Below, piece by piece: positions 11,901-20,376 of a stretch of 38,459 nucleotides of DNA (positions are counted from its first letter, which is position 1; each line of letters begins with the position of its first letter). This stretch comes from a virus (lineage: Duplodnaviria > Caudoviricetes): IMG/VR virus record IMGVR_UViG_3300037963_002236, positions 1-38,459 of that record; one strand, written 5' to 3'. The notes below the pieces were generated by a model. That model made no database searches, had not been told where the DNA came from, and was given only the letters and a program-made list of their open reading frames with translations. The translations under genes and the position numbers were made by a program.

Positions 11901-13128
11901 CTTTTGCTGTTGTTTCTATTGTAATAGCATCTCTTTGCTGTACTTCAGCATCTACTTCATCTTCTCCTGGGTTCATATCCTCATTTGTGGCCATGATACC
12001 ATTTACTACGCTCTGCGCTGTAGATGGTCCATATTCCGCAGTAACATCCACCGCCATTCTACCACCTTGTATTGGTAGTAAACCAGCGGCTGTTTGTTTT
12101 GCAGTCTCCCACGCTTCATCTACCATACTTTGCCAGGTCCTTGTAGGTACACCTTCTAGCACAGCACCAACTTCTGTTGTTAGAAATTCTATACCTAACT
12201 GCAATTCTTCTTCTGCTATTTGTGTTGCCCAATCCTTACCATATTGCTTTGCCCACCTTCCAACTAAATCACTAGTAGACTTCGCTATAACATCATTGGC
12301 TTTCTTCTGTAAAGACTTAGGTATAATCTTACCAATCTGTGCTTGTTCTACTAAACCATAAAATAATCCACCAGTACTAGCAAGTAAACTAGCTGTTACT
12401 GGGTCCACATCTCTACTTAACATATTTTTAAGCATATTACCAGCGCCTTGTCTGGCAAAGTAATAAGTACTACCTACAGCAAATCCAGTAGCGCCAGAAA
12501 TAGGAACTGTTGCAACCTCTTCTGGTACTAATGCTAATGGTGATAAATTTCCAACTATTGCCGCTCCAGTCATACCAGCCGCCGCTGATGGTATACCAGC
12601 TTCTAATCCTTTTGACATAGAACCAGCTAATTGACCAGATGCCCTAGCTACATACTCTAAAAAGTTATCAGCCTCAATTGGGTCATTTTGTGCCATTGTT
12701 TCATACTGTTCATATGCTTTTTTTAAATCTTCAAAATTTCCGCTACCAGGCACATTATAAAATGTATCATGAAATGCCACATCAAAATCCGCAACTTTTC
12801 TAGACCTTTTAAATGACTTCTTAAATGTACCAATAACACCTAAATCTGGTTTTGTAGATACTGGTTTCTTCTGTTCTTCTTTTTGCGCCTCCATTGCTTC
12901 AAAGATTCTTTCATTGTCAAAACCATCTTTGCGAAGTTTTTGTATCTGATTTAGTTCTTTAGGTGTCTTATACTTGTCCTCTGGCTCAACAGCAAAATTG
13001 GGGTCATCACCTAATTCTAAAATTTTATCAACTATAGTTTGATTAGATGTATCTGTAGTATCCTTGCTGGGCTGTATAGGACCAGACTTATTATGATAAT
13101 ATTGTCGTAAAAAATCTAAATCAGACAT
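5992..13128 (-). CDS. Large polyvalent internal virion/ejection protein (degenerate zincin-like, ART-PolyVal-like ADP-ribosyltransferase, HhH-like and LPD38-like regions)
   Basis: 2378 aa. FRNWFKESK..MFHGT..GFYFS..VMPVYLSIQNP..GFDGIV..VAFEPNQIKS (ART-PolyVal pattern); NVTINFNRKG..LFANAGLQG (LPD38-like); position after the ejection genes. Confidence 0.8.
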   Translation of the reverse strand: MSDLDFLRQYYHNKSGPIQPSKDTTDTSNQTIVDKILELGDDPNFAVEPEDKYKTPKELNQIQKLRKDGFDNERIFEAMEAQKEEQKKPVSTKPDLGVIGTFKKSFKRSRKVADFDVAFHDTFYNVPGSGNFEDLKKAYEQYETMAQNDPIEADNFLEYVARASGQLAGSMSKGLEAGIPSAAAGMTGAAIVGNLSPLALVPEEVATVPISGATGFAVGSTYYFARQGAGNMLKNMLSRDVDPVTASLLASTGGLFYGLVEQAQIGKIIPKSLQKKANDVIAKSTSDLVGRWAKQYGKDWATQIAEEELQLGIEFLTTEVGAVLEGVPTRTWQSMVDEAWETAKQTAAGLLPIQGGRMAVDVTAEYGPSTAQSVVNGIMATNEDMNPGEDEVDAEVQQRDAITIETTAKEINDDEANPLKIEYNADDNGDRVFSESRIRELGYDPESNGFSEVESKDGERQFAVTARGTNDIQGNISLTSRADRSTLLEEAVEARLKQLRNSKNAEEKALADKIEIWARSVRKLASEIGYNLRFTEEGDGNLELFSDAILYTIGGFKTISKEFQDAIYIPEDISSEFIEKMGQMSDGTLVFDKMRGPTEGIEVNQEFATAVDEDIFLYGEDYLEQFQNPPPTKKNPKAPKSYQLLDRLDDDPNFQNWHNTRNKELQPSIDTPEFRNWFKESKITRDDDTSAPLRMFHGTTRNFQTFDIAETFHESDFGSGFYFSSNINDVNRSYATEGSPDLLIKSKKSAQDLFGDKYGRSARQDQVYDKFIMDEFMENKGNVMPVYLSIQNPFVLGSKDGDMTPDTYLEYEYELDEETGEVIDETGPVVDMIDAVPDIFADLNYRYDEDSVREIQQLIFNSAVDMSLTGSEFMKIMKDSDIVADIENEDGKLMGNEFIRRVIEAAGFDGIVLNNANDRYSGMFSPIMGPAMHVVAFEPNQIKSQFNRGTFDPRNNDITFQLESSVVEKAVGLYPDVVGDKERANRVSKAKKRAKGVGQQTNKRVEIKLKNGGVMILGRNKTPEDWIRQVESTLNDEEVMKAAVWYEEAYPSFVEEFGEKDAVNYMVAWLLGNVQASPLQALSNTFLAGEQLKAALPSFKTPGTESVATNIKSALKGKRVVEGAGAKLYDFLDSALGKSTRTVMMDDPFGLAPVAIDRHTFRDAGYIDGKLMNILKRLAVNKNDLKGLVIDQEGAGPSETQYEYASRYMNELTDKLNEMGYLGGNLKPHQVQAIGWTAIARMSETSDGQSIPDAMELVKPQISFKLDMDKNSPLYRQYGDAFERLRPRQKESLNKKILNGPIKKLAKEMGLKVIKTDGRNIKVRGSSQAVKGLMHSIGLLTQKENVAFTRPNANSNKLGIRITHPKLNTQANKDAVISILMEELPKKFMPSIYFDDGALMIPTSVMQRELNDYSTQLNTAMKRVMKEVGLELNLEGIGINHERTNNNWKKDSAGQRYRNKLSESFGPDIQKRLDNHYGPQVEQQIREALEKKAKQDQLTYQLGPNPNLAAQIKSATKNAPLELSDESISGVVRRKIIDALTPIITWQEDIESQFLENNKVTEERDVVLAAELAVGRMPERISDFNDIAINGHKQNSFVNRLIKNVGISIDDFSRYLHAQHAAERNAYIAGLPKSKYKDGGSGMSNSEAKRIKAELNKKYGLKNLRAYTKEFRQIFIEPELKVRLDAGLLSQKDYDSLKDGVFKNYVPLFREMDDSDNLVNSSGYIGMDKGKGFNIFGGREYARAKGSKKPVKNIIVSAAERMHNAIIRAEKNEVNKKVLALVQAYPSDAFEVKGISHKPVYNDNGEIEYMTPLSAKDSEGNKVDQDNVLNVKVDGKTKRIIFKGPKGTRIAKALRGIGVSKAVPILNNFNTYLRYVNTIWNVEFIFSNFVRDIQTAGINISAEQGGEIRSQALSPTNLKNSWKAVYDIVQNDEVDSEWGDLYNRMRLAGGKTGFFDIQSIEQKLDGLEKSLNKVGQDKKTIKDAGKNILGFVESLNEATESSVRLTLFKAMIDAGYSDAKAASAAKNVTINFNRKGEWGPLINSLWLFANAGLQGSYRIMTVVGKSKKAQQAVATLVAMGFMESFVNHMADDDEEYDKLGNFVKDNYFVARYGEGDKYLKFRLPYGFNVFKVVGNITGDFAWAAHSGQPIDKSDQLFRLLTAINASFNPLGDSPIEQMITPTIVKPFIQLGSNKNFYGGPIYPQVYQEAPADVQLAWENTPAAYKESAEFWYALTGNKFIYDEDGEIVGAEHGPLDGFGDVSPETLEYFTEYLSGGLGKSVARLISAPIDLYKGNLKPDEIPLIRNFFGEFRKNSELGYMYNMFKNSKRKNYTEAEVNKLVRYAESYLDKNPQLTQEQEDAINNRVDRFLRNQDEYEK

Positions 13129-13129
13129 A

Positions 13130-13876
13130 CTATTGGTTCATACTTTGAATAAATGCATCGTATTCAGCTTTTAAACCAGCGCGTGTAAATTCTGCCTCAA
13201 CTTTGGCCATATCTCTATTGTACTTTCTTACAGCCGCTAATACTAATTCTTCCATATCAAATCTTAATTCTCTATCTCTCTTCTGAATAGCTAATCGTCT
13301 TTTTTCTGTCAACTCTTTAAGTTCTGCTTCTTTTTCTTTTCTCTCTTTTCTTCGTAATGTTTTGACATTTTTATCAGCCATACTTGGGCGTTTTAGTGCC
13401 TCGTATTTATCATCTAACCCATCTATTTGTCTTTGTATGGTATCTATCTCATCATTACTTTGTGCTAGTTTGCGCTTGTATGGAACAAACTCTAATTTTA
13501 TCTTATCTCTCTCACTTTGAACTTTATCTATTTTTTTCTTTTCTGCTTTTGCTACAGCTTCTTCATCTTTTTTCTGTTTACTTTTAATTTTTTCTTTTAA
13601 ATCAGATTGGGCTTTAAGATTGGCTTGAGTTCTTTTATCTTGCCTAGCTTTACCTTCTTGAAATTTTTGTGCATCTGTTTTTTGTTTAAGCTTAGCTTCA
13701 TTTAATAATTTCGCTCTTTGTTCTTCGCTAAGTTGTCTCCATAAATCAAACCTAGCTTTATCTTCACCTGGGTCAGGCATTTCTGTTTGACCTATATTTG
13801 TCTCTACGTTACCAGAACTACCTCTATTAACTTTAGTAGAGGTCCTCAATAAACTATCCATATAACCTTGTGCCAT
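13130..13876 (-). CDS. Coiled-coil putative ejection (internal virion) protein
   Basis: 248 aa, K/E/Q-rich and helical; lies between the nozzle and the giant internal protein. Confidence 0.55.
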   Translation of the reverse strand: MAQGYMDSLLRTSTKVNRGSSGNVETNIGQTEMPDPGEDKARFDLWRQLSEEQRAKLLNEAKLKQKTDAQKFQEGKARQDKRTQANLKAQSDLKEKIKSKQKKDEEAVAKAEKKKIDKVQSERDKIKLEFVPYKRKLAQSNDEIDTIQRQIDGLDDKYEALKRPSMADKNVKTLRRKERKEKEAELKELTEKRRLAIQKRDRELRFDMEELVLAAVRKYNRDMAKVEAEFTRAGLKAEYDAFIQSMNQ

Positions 13877-13885
13877 AATTAAATC

Positions 13886-14545
13886 CTATCGAGTTAAAAT
13901 ATCAAAATTGTTAATTATCCAATCTAACAGATTAGCTTTCTTTTCTTTGGCCATTTTCGTTTTTTCTTCAGGTTTTATACCTTTTTCATCTTTATCAGAT
14001 GTACCAAATAAATATTCATCTAGCGCTGATGTTCTTGCTTGGTCAAAATAATCACCTATACCAGTTGTTGCCGCATCAAAGAAATCATCAGTTATACTGT
14101 CACCTCTTTGCAACCTTGCTAATGCATTATTATAATCAATATTTTCTATACCCTGACCAATTCTAGCCGCTTCCTCTAAACCCTTTAACTTACTCTCTTC
14201 ATTTGCTTGTGCTATTTGCTTTGCTATCTTTGCAATTTCTAAAGTAGTTCTACCACCTTGTTTCAACATTTGCTCTGCTGGGATACCACTATTTTCCAAA
14301 CCTTGTTTAATGGCTAAGTTTGCTATATTTTGCCGACCTTCTTTTTGGGTTTGTTTTATGTCAGTAAAAATTTCATTTTTTACATCTTGACCATAAAGAC
14401 CTTCTTTACCAATTTGTCTTTGCTTATTTAGTAATGCAGTTGTATCACTTGATACTTTTTGTTGTGGGGCTGGTCTAAAAAGTTTACTTAAACCTTTTAC
14501 TACTCCAGGGGCCGCCGCTAATAATCCTCTTGTATATGGGTCCAT
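13886..14545 (-). CDS. Putative ejection protein (P22 gp7-like position)
   Basis: 219 aa; MDP..GLLAAAPGVVKGL hydrophobic Gly/Ala N-terminus followed by Q/A-rich helices. Confidence 0.55.
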   Translation of the reverse strand: MDPYTRGLLAAAPGVVKGLSKLFRPAPQQKVSSDTTALLNKQRQIGKEGLYGQDVKNEIFTDIKQTQKEGRQNIANLAIKQGLENSGIPAEQMLKQGGRTTLEIAKIAKQIAQANEESKLKGLEEAARIGQGIENIDYNNALARLQRGDSITDDFFDAATTGIGDYFDQARTSALDEYLFGTSDKDEKGIKPEEKTKMAKEKKANLLDWIINNFDILTR

Positions 14546-14547
14546 AC

Positions 14548-14805
14548 TTAACTCACTTTCGTTCCAGTAAACATGAAGGTGTTACCCTCACTATCTTTAA
14601 AATAAATTCTTGATTGGTCAGTCGGTGGTTCACTTGGACCAATCTGCCCTTTTTTAATTGAAGTAAAAACAAACTGGTTCTCTTTTATCTGATTTGGTTT
14701 TACCTCACCAGTTGTTACCTTGGTCATTGTTTCTTTTTTCCTAGTCTGTGTTACTTGTTGTACACCTTTATCGACCTTCTCATCGGCAAATTTTATTCTA
14801 GCCAT
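14548..14805 (-). CDS. Hypothetical structural-region protein
   Basis: 85 aa, overlaps the upstream gene. Confidence 0.6.
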   Translation of the reverse strand: MARIKFADEKVDKGVQQVTQTRKKETMTKVTTGEVKPNQIKENQFVFTSIKKGQIGPSEPPTDQSRIYFKDSEGNTFMFTGTKVS

Positions 14806-15160
14806 CTATTTCTATCTCCAATTTTCTGATAACTGCACTGTTGTTATCATTCGCTGTTTCTAATAATATTGATATTGCTTTTGCTCTACCTCCAACTGTT
14901 GGCCTTCTACTTACAATTTTATCTCCACTGCTATTAGCTGGAAATGTAATTGTAAATAATGCAGTGCCACTTAACTCACCATCTGCAAAAGCTTTACATG
15001 TTATGGCAGATGCACTATCATAATGCAAATTTATTCTTCGTACAATATTTGCTCTATCATACTTACCACTAATATCTATAATACCAGTTTGATAACTACC
15101 CTTAATGGTTTCAGTACTGCCATTAACATGCATTTCTCTTATTTGTGTAACTAATGCCAT
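14798..15160 (-). CDS. Tail protein, possibly the C-terminal domain of the nozzle encoded separately
   Basis: 120 aa, beta-rich, YQTGIID motif; TAATG-coupled to the 751-aa gene. Confidence 0.55.
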   Translation of the reverse strand: MALVTQIREMHVNGSTETIKGSYQTGIIDISGKYDRANIVRRINLHYDSASAITCKAFADGELSGTALFTITFPANSSGDKIVSRRPTVGGRAKAISILLETANDNNSAVIRKLEIEIDG

Positions 15161-17415
15161 TATGGACTCGGATTGTTATCGTAAACATCTACAGTAAATA
15201 AGTCTAAATCATCATTTACTGTAAAAAAGTTTGCTGTTCTAAAACTAGTATCATCAAAATTTAGCTTGGTCCACTCCTGATTTATTAAATCATACATAAA
15301 AATATTAGTATGGTCATTGCCCAGTGTGCAAATGAGCCTATCTCTTTTGATGTCATAAATTATTTTAGAGGATGATATGTTAGTTATCCCCTGGTATGTA
15401 TCTTCTATAGATTTAGATATTGGGATAAATGTAAAGTCAGGCCTGATTTGATATATATTATCTTTAGAACAGAAAAATAAATTATCTTGTGCATTGACAA
15501 TACTTTCAGATGCAACACAGCCAATACCAGTATTTACCTCTAAAAGAGTAAATAAAGATGGTTCACCTGAAGATACATCTAACCTGAAAATCCCTCGTGT
15601 CATAAATACAACCAGGTTGTTTAGTATTCTATTCATACCAATAATAGAACCACCTTGCTGGTCAAGTATTCTTATAAAATTTGTACTTGGTATAATATCA
15701 GGTTGTCCTGATTCGCTAAACATAACAAAATCAGGATGGTCTTCAGGGTTACCATTTGGGTCTAGTTTTACATTCCCGACAAAATGCATGTCCCCAATCA
15801 TCTGACTATATTTATATCTTGTATCTACAGTAGCATCTGTACCTAAAAATGGTGCTAAAAAGCTATTAGGATATCCAATGTCATAAAAATGAGCAACTGT
15901 ATGCGTACTATCTCGTGTGATAACATAATCTTTATAAAGGTCAACAGAATCACTATCACTATAAGCACTAATGTTATCTAGCCTTACTGCTTTACCTACA
16001 GATTCTAAAACAACTCTTTGGCCATCACTTGCATTTACAGCAATGTATCCATTAGCACCATTAATACCAAATCTGTCCGAATCAGGTATGTCATATATTA
16101 AGGCCTTGTCATGATAAACTGTATTTGATATATCAGCTGTTTTATTAGGCGTAATTTCTATTACCCCAAGATTAGTAACTACGACTCTAACAATTTTACT
16201 TGTTCTGTTAAAAAAATAATTAGGGTCTGGTGCTTGAGCAGTTACAGCAACTATACCTTTTTGTAAGAGTGATGTAAATGTTGAATCATTTCTTGGTGCA
16301 TCGTTAGAGTCAGCTACCCAATCTGTTCCATTGGAACTAGTTAAGTTTACAGTAAATATTCTAGGGCTGTTGTTTAAAGAGTTTATTGCATCATCTGTGC
16401 CATCATCATTTTCGCCTAGAATACAATATAATAATTGTACAGCAGATTTAACACCGCTAGATGTATAATTTATTACATCAAGTACACCACCTGATGCTGT
16501 TAAAGAAGCATACTCATCTATAAAAGTATTACTAAATACATGACCATTACCCTCATACACTGTTTTGTTTTTAAATACAATATTGTCAGTATCGTTCTTA
16601 GTATTTATTGGGACCTCACCAACTTGATAATAATTATCATCGTTACCAGTCTCCCTATAAATTTTTACACTGGTAATCCTAGGATTAAAAGCATACGTTT
16701 TATTCGGTTCAGTACCGCTACCTGATTGATTAGGAAATCTTATAGAAATTTTATTACACTTATTTGCATCCCCAGTAGTGACAGTTCTAAATGTAGATGG
16801 CAATGGTAGTTCTTGAGAGCCGTCAAATATCGGACTTAGTTTATAGTTGTAAGTGTTATTTGCTAATGTTAATCCAGTATTAGCACCCAAGTTAACTGCT
16901 GTTAATAATTGAAAATCCATCTCAGCTGTTGTTGGGTGTACTGGAGTTGCATTTTGCACAACATATTCATTTACTGTATCATTACCTTCAAAAAACTTTC
17001 TACTTATATGTTGTAAAATTTTTGGTGGGTTTACTAGATTGTCTGTTGCTATCCTAAAATCTTGCCCATGGTCATTAAGGTCCGCAACATTAGTAGCTGT
17101 AACTGCACTACCTAAATCTGTAGGACTAGTAAAATTATTATTTAATCTTTTTATTTTATTGTTTGTAGCATCAAGCCCCACCCACACAGCTGGTATCTCA
17201 GCATTGTTTATATCGAGGTTTGATGGTGACCAGTATTGTAATTGAGATATTTGTATACCTGATAAATCAGTATGACTTCCTCTACCTTTTTGTTTTGTAA
17301 GTGTTCCTAAAGTATCAAGACTAAAATTTGTATTAACACGAGAAAATTCTAAACCAATATCAGAAGGGTCTGCGGCTGTAGCTACACCTTTAAATTCTTT
17401 AACCTCTATAATCAT
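15160..17415 (-). CDS. Tail nozzle / tubular protein B-like (beta-propeller)
   Basis: 751 aa; N-terminal FKGV..ADPSD; C-terminal FSE..QPD, LVVF..GIFRL and GIGCVA..SIV..LFF motifs; located after the adaptors. Confidence 0.65.
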   Translation of the reverse strand: MIIEVKEFKGVATAADPSDIGLEFSRVNTNFSLDTLGTLTKQKGRGSHTDLSGIQISQLQYWSPSNLDINNAEIPAVWVGLDATNNKIKRLNNNFTSPTDLGSAVTATNVADLNDHGQDFRIATDNLVNPPKILQHISRKFFEGNDTVNEYVVQNATPVHPTTAEMDFQLLTAVNLGANTGLTLANNTYNYKLSPIFDGSQELPLPSTFRTVTTGDANKCNKISIRFPNQSGSGTEPNKTYAFNPRITSVKIYRETGNDDNYYQVGEVPINTKNDTDNIVFKNKTVYEGNGHVFSNTFIDEYASLTASGGVLDVINYTSSGVKSAVQLLYCILGENDDGTDDAINSLNNSPRIFTVNLTSSNGTDWVADSNDAPRNDSTFTSLLQKGIVAVTAQAPDPNYFFNRTSKIVRVVVTNLGVIEITPNKTADISNTVYHDKALIYDIPDSDRFGINGANGYIAVNASDGQRVVLESVGKAVRLDNISAYSDSDSVDLYKDYVITRDSTHTVAHFYDIGYPNSFLAPFLGTDATVDTRYKYSQMIGDMHFVGNVKLDPNGNPEDHPDFVMFSESGQPDIIPSTNFIRILDQQGGSIIGMNRILNNLVVFMTRGIFRLDVSSGEPSLFTLLEVNTGIGCVASESIVNAQDNLFFCSKDNIYQIRPDFTFIPISKSIEDTYQGITNISSSKIIYDIKRDRLICTLGNDHTNIFMYDLINQEWTKLNFDDTSFRTANFFTVNDDLDLFTVDVYDNNPSP

Positions 17416-18374
17416 TAGTAGCTTCCAATACCTAGCCTATCAGCTACAAAACTCATACCCCCCTGGTCTTTATTAGCAACTACACTTCTAGCTTTCTCTC
17501 TATTTGTAATATATAAAGTGTAATGATTTTGATATTCCTTATTATTGCCAATATCTTGATGTATCATTGCTTTTGCATAATCAACTAGATAATGATGATA
17601 TACGTCAGGGATTTGTGGTTCTGTATCTGAAAAATCAAACTGAACACCTTTTGTTCTTGCTAATCCACCAATACCGAGAACATTCCAAGTTTCAATAAAC
17701 TGATTCCAATTTGTGCCGTAGCTACTAACATATTGGTCAGCTTCACCGCCACTAGCAAAAAAATCTTCATTATCATTTGTAAAACCATTAGTAATGTTTG
17801 ATATCACAACATGACCTTCCAATGCATCCATATATTCTATACGCTGTACTGTAGCCGTAGTAGTAGTACTATTACTAGCGCCTACCCTAGATTTTATTAC
17901 ATCACCAACCCTAAAATATTCTGATACTACAGTATCAAACCTGAACCTTTTCATACCAGTTAAAGTTCTTAAGCTTTTAGGTACAGCTACATATGTAATG
18001 GTAAGTACACCACTTTTTGGCGGCCTAGGTATAAGATACAATCTATTATCTTCTATGTAATACTCACATGGCTCTGATATTCGTACCAAATTCGTGTCTA
18101 AGCTTCGTTTATAATCAAAACTATTGCTCATTGCTTTTCTTAACACATTTGACCTAAAAATGGGTTTATCAGCTAACTCTATAAAATCATTAGGTAAAGT
18201 AACATGTGACTTTTCTTTGTAATAATAAATATTAATTTTTTTTACAAAACATCTAGTATATAAACTAAAATCTTCCTGGGCCTCATCTAGATATAATCCA
18301 GCCCTCTTATCTAACTGTCCAATCCTTCCTTCAAATGGCACTAAGGCCCTTGCTATAAGCTTATCCCATGTCAT
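17415..18374 (-). CDS. Head-tail adaptor-like protein with a central insertion
   Basis: 319 aa; LPNDF, PCEYY..LYLIPRP..ITY..P and EPQIP..HHYLVDYA motifs. Confidence 0.6.
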   Translation of the reverse strand: MTWDKLIARALVPFEGRIGQLDKRAGLYLDEAQEDFSLYTRCFVKKINIYYYKEKSHVTLPNDFIELADKPIFRSNVLRKAMSNSFDYKRSLDTNLVRISEPCEYYIEDNRLYLIPRPPKSGVLTITYVAVPKSLRTLTGMKRFRFDTVVSEYFRVGDVIKSRVGASNSTTTTATVQRIEYMDALEGHVVISNITNGFTNDNEDFFASGGEADQYVSSYGTNWNQFIETWNVLGIGGLARTKGVQFDFSDTEPQIPDVYHHYLVDYAKAMIHQDIGNNKEYQNHYTLYITNREKARSVVANKDQGGMSFVADRLGIGSY

Positions 18375-19014
18375 GCCCTACTCCAGTTGGTTGTTCATTA
18401 GTATATCTATCATTTAACATTTTTATCTGTTCCATTGCAGAAGCTTTAGCTAATTGTGACCTATCTGCTTTATTGTCCATTCTCCACAGTTCTGCTTCTG
18501 CTAAATCAATCATTATGTCATGCAATGCAGAATTAAGTATTGGTTCTACACCACTAGCTATATCTGTTGGGGTTTTTAAATAATATAAAACTGCGCTTGT
18601 AAAACCACCTACTTGTGCATTTGGCCTAATGGTTACATTATTACCAAACACCCAATACACTGGATTAACAGAATCAGCACCTAGATATTCATTTTCGAGT
18701 TTCTTTACATCTGAGAGTTGAATTCTAATTGCATATTTTGTACCTAGTTGAACTGCACGAATACTATTACGAATTGGCACTGCACTAGAATTGTTTGCAC
18801 CACCAGCACCACCTAATGTAATTAATCCACCAGTCCCATTTATAGTAACAGAATCCTTAAACTCTAATTCAGTTAAATAAGCCTCATGTAAAAAATTAGC
18901 TACCATTCTCTGTGCGCTATTTAAAGCACTATCTTTGGTAGCTGTATTAAAATTGTTTTCGCCAGTATCCTCTAAACGAAGACCTAGCTTTGTGTGCATT
19001 TGCGCTCTTGTCAT
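18361..19014 (-). CDS. Head-tail adaptor / tail tubular protein A-like
   Basis: Likely start ATG 19014 (MTRAQM); ALNSAQ, PVYW..IRP..YYLKTP and EPIL..HDIMIDLA motifs. Confidence 0.65.
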   Translation of the reverse strand: MTRAQMHTKLGLRLEDTGENNFNTATKDSALNSAQRMVANFLHEAYLTELEFKDSVTINGTGGLITLGGAGGANNSSAVPIRNSIRAVQLGTKYAIRIQLSDVKKLENEYLGADSVNPVYWVFGNNVTIRPNAQVGGFTSAVLYYLKTPTDIASGVEPILNSALHDIMIDLAEAELWRMDNKADRSQLAKASAMEQIKMLNDRYTNEQPTGVGHDMG

Positions 19015-19023
19015 GTGTTTCAA

Positions 19024-19060
19024 GAGTTCCCTGGTCCAAACCAGGACCAGGGATTAACTC
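19024..19060 (-). promoter_or_regulatory. Strong intergenic hairpin between head and neck genes (mRNA step-down or stabiliser)
   Basis: TCCCTGGTCC-aaacca-GGACCAGGGA perfect 10-bp stem, extended by GAGT/ACTC; no good U-tract. Confidence 0.6.
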
Positions 19061-19078
19061 TATCTCTTTATTTAACTA

Positions 19079-19345
19079 TTAAGATTCGATTGAACCAATT
19101 ATAGCCCATGTTACACTCGCATCAGCCGCTGAAGTCTTAATATAAGGCTTACCAGCAGTTGAGTCTATGTACAATGAACCTTTAGGACTTGCTTTAAGGT
19201 CACCAGAAGCACCAGTTGCTGGTGCGCCACCGCCGACACAAAAATCAACTCCACCCATTTCAATTACGAAAATTTCGCCAACCTTCTTCTTTGCAACGCC
19301 TACAGCTTTACCCTTTTGGTCTTGATTCTGACTAATTGCCATCAT
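19079..19345 (-). CDS. Putative capsid decoration/head-fibre protein
   Basis: 88 aa directly after the capsid gene; GAP..KGSLYID..G..YIK..W motif; GGAGG SD. Confidence 0.6.
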   Translation of the reverse strand: MMAISQNQDQKGKAVGVAKKKVGEIFVIEMGGVDFCVGGGAPATGASGDLKASPKGSLYIDSTAGKPYIKTSAADASVTWAIIGSIES

Positions 19346-19353
19346 TAACCTCC

Positions 19354-20355
19354 TTAACTATAGGAAGAAGCTAAGTCAAATACACGACCTAACATTCTTG
19401 GGTTACTGCAAGTCAAAGCGCCTAACCAGTAAATGTGTGCTACAGAAGCATCTTGGTTCACTGGCTTATTAAAGCCCTGGAATGCAAAGTTACGAGAAGC
19501 GTGATGTCTAAATTTTAAATATTTAGAATTTAGGAAAAACATTTCCCCATCAGGACAATGGTCATCAACAACGATTGGTGTACCACGATATAATAGATTC
19601 TGGAAACCAGCGTCAGCCAAAGACTGAGAACTAGCACCAAATCTCTTTTGCGCTTGTAAAGATTCTTCATAAGCATCAAAGATAACTTGAGTAGTTACAA
19701 TTATATCAGGTGCATCATTGTCAATAGTACACTGACCATACATTTCTCTGATTATTTTCTGAATATATGCGGCATTAGATGAATCAACCATATTTGCATA
19801 GGTTACACTAGAACCAGCATCTTTCACATTAGCATCCCACCAAGTGTAAGTAGTAGAATCAATTCCACCCAAACTTCTATCAACATTAATGATATGCTTA
19901 AGACCCAAGAATCCACTTGCTTCTGCATCTGATGGTGTAGTGACAGCACTGCCAGTATTATCAGAATATAGCTGTGAACCAAAAAGGTCCTTTAGTGATT
20001 TTTCTGCATTTTTAACCTTTGCAGAGATAAGGTCTACTACGCGTTCACCACCAGAGTTCAACGCTTCTTCCCTACCAGAGTAAGTAATAGAAGCATGACA
20101 CTGAACCCAATCGTAAGAAGCATCAGTAAACAACTCTTGTGGAGAAGTATCTAATACATCATAACCATTGTAAAAACCTTTAGCACCTGACTTAGCATAT
20201 TCAATAGGCTGAAGTACTTTATTACCACTGGCTGTTGGTTCAGAGTTTTGCAACATTTTAAAAGTCAAAATGTTTGACTTGAAAATGTTATCAACAAGAA
20301 CTGGGATGAATTTATCACGCGTAACAGCTGTTAAACTATCAATTGAAAGTGACAT
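19354..20355 (-). CDS. Major capsid protein
   Basis: 333 aa after the scaffold; LVDNIF, GYDVLD, GFQNL.Y.G.PIV.D..CP..FLN and G.LTCSNP motifs of podovirus-type capsid proteins. Confidence 0.9.
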   Translation of the reverse strand: MSLSIDSLTAVTRDKFIPVLVDNIFKSNILTFKMLQNSEPTASGNKVLQPIEYAKSGAKGFYNGYDVLDTSPQELFTDASYDWVQCHASITYSGREEALNSGGERVVDLISAKVKNAEKSLKDLFGSQLYSDNTGSAVTTPSDAEASGFLGLKHIINVDRSLGGIDSTTYTWWDANVKDAGSSVTYANMVDSSNAAYIQKIIREMYGQCTIDNDAPDIIVTTQVIFDAYEESLQAQKRFGASSQSLADAGFQNLLYRGTPIVVDDHCPDGEMFFLNSKYLKFRHHASRNFAFQGFNKPVNQDASVAHIYWLGALTCSNPRMLGRVFDLASSYS

Positions 20356-20376
20356 TTTTCATTTTCCCTTAATTAA

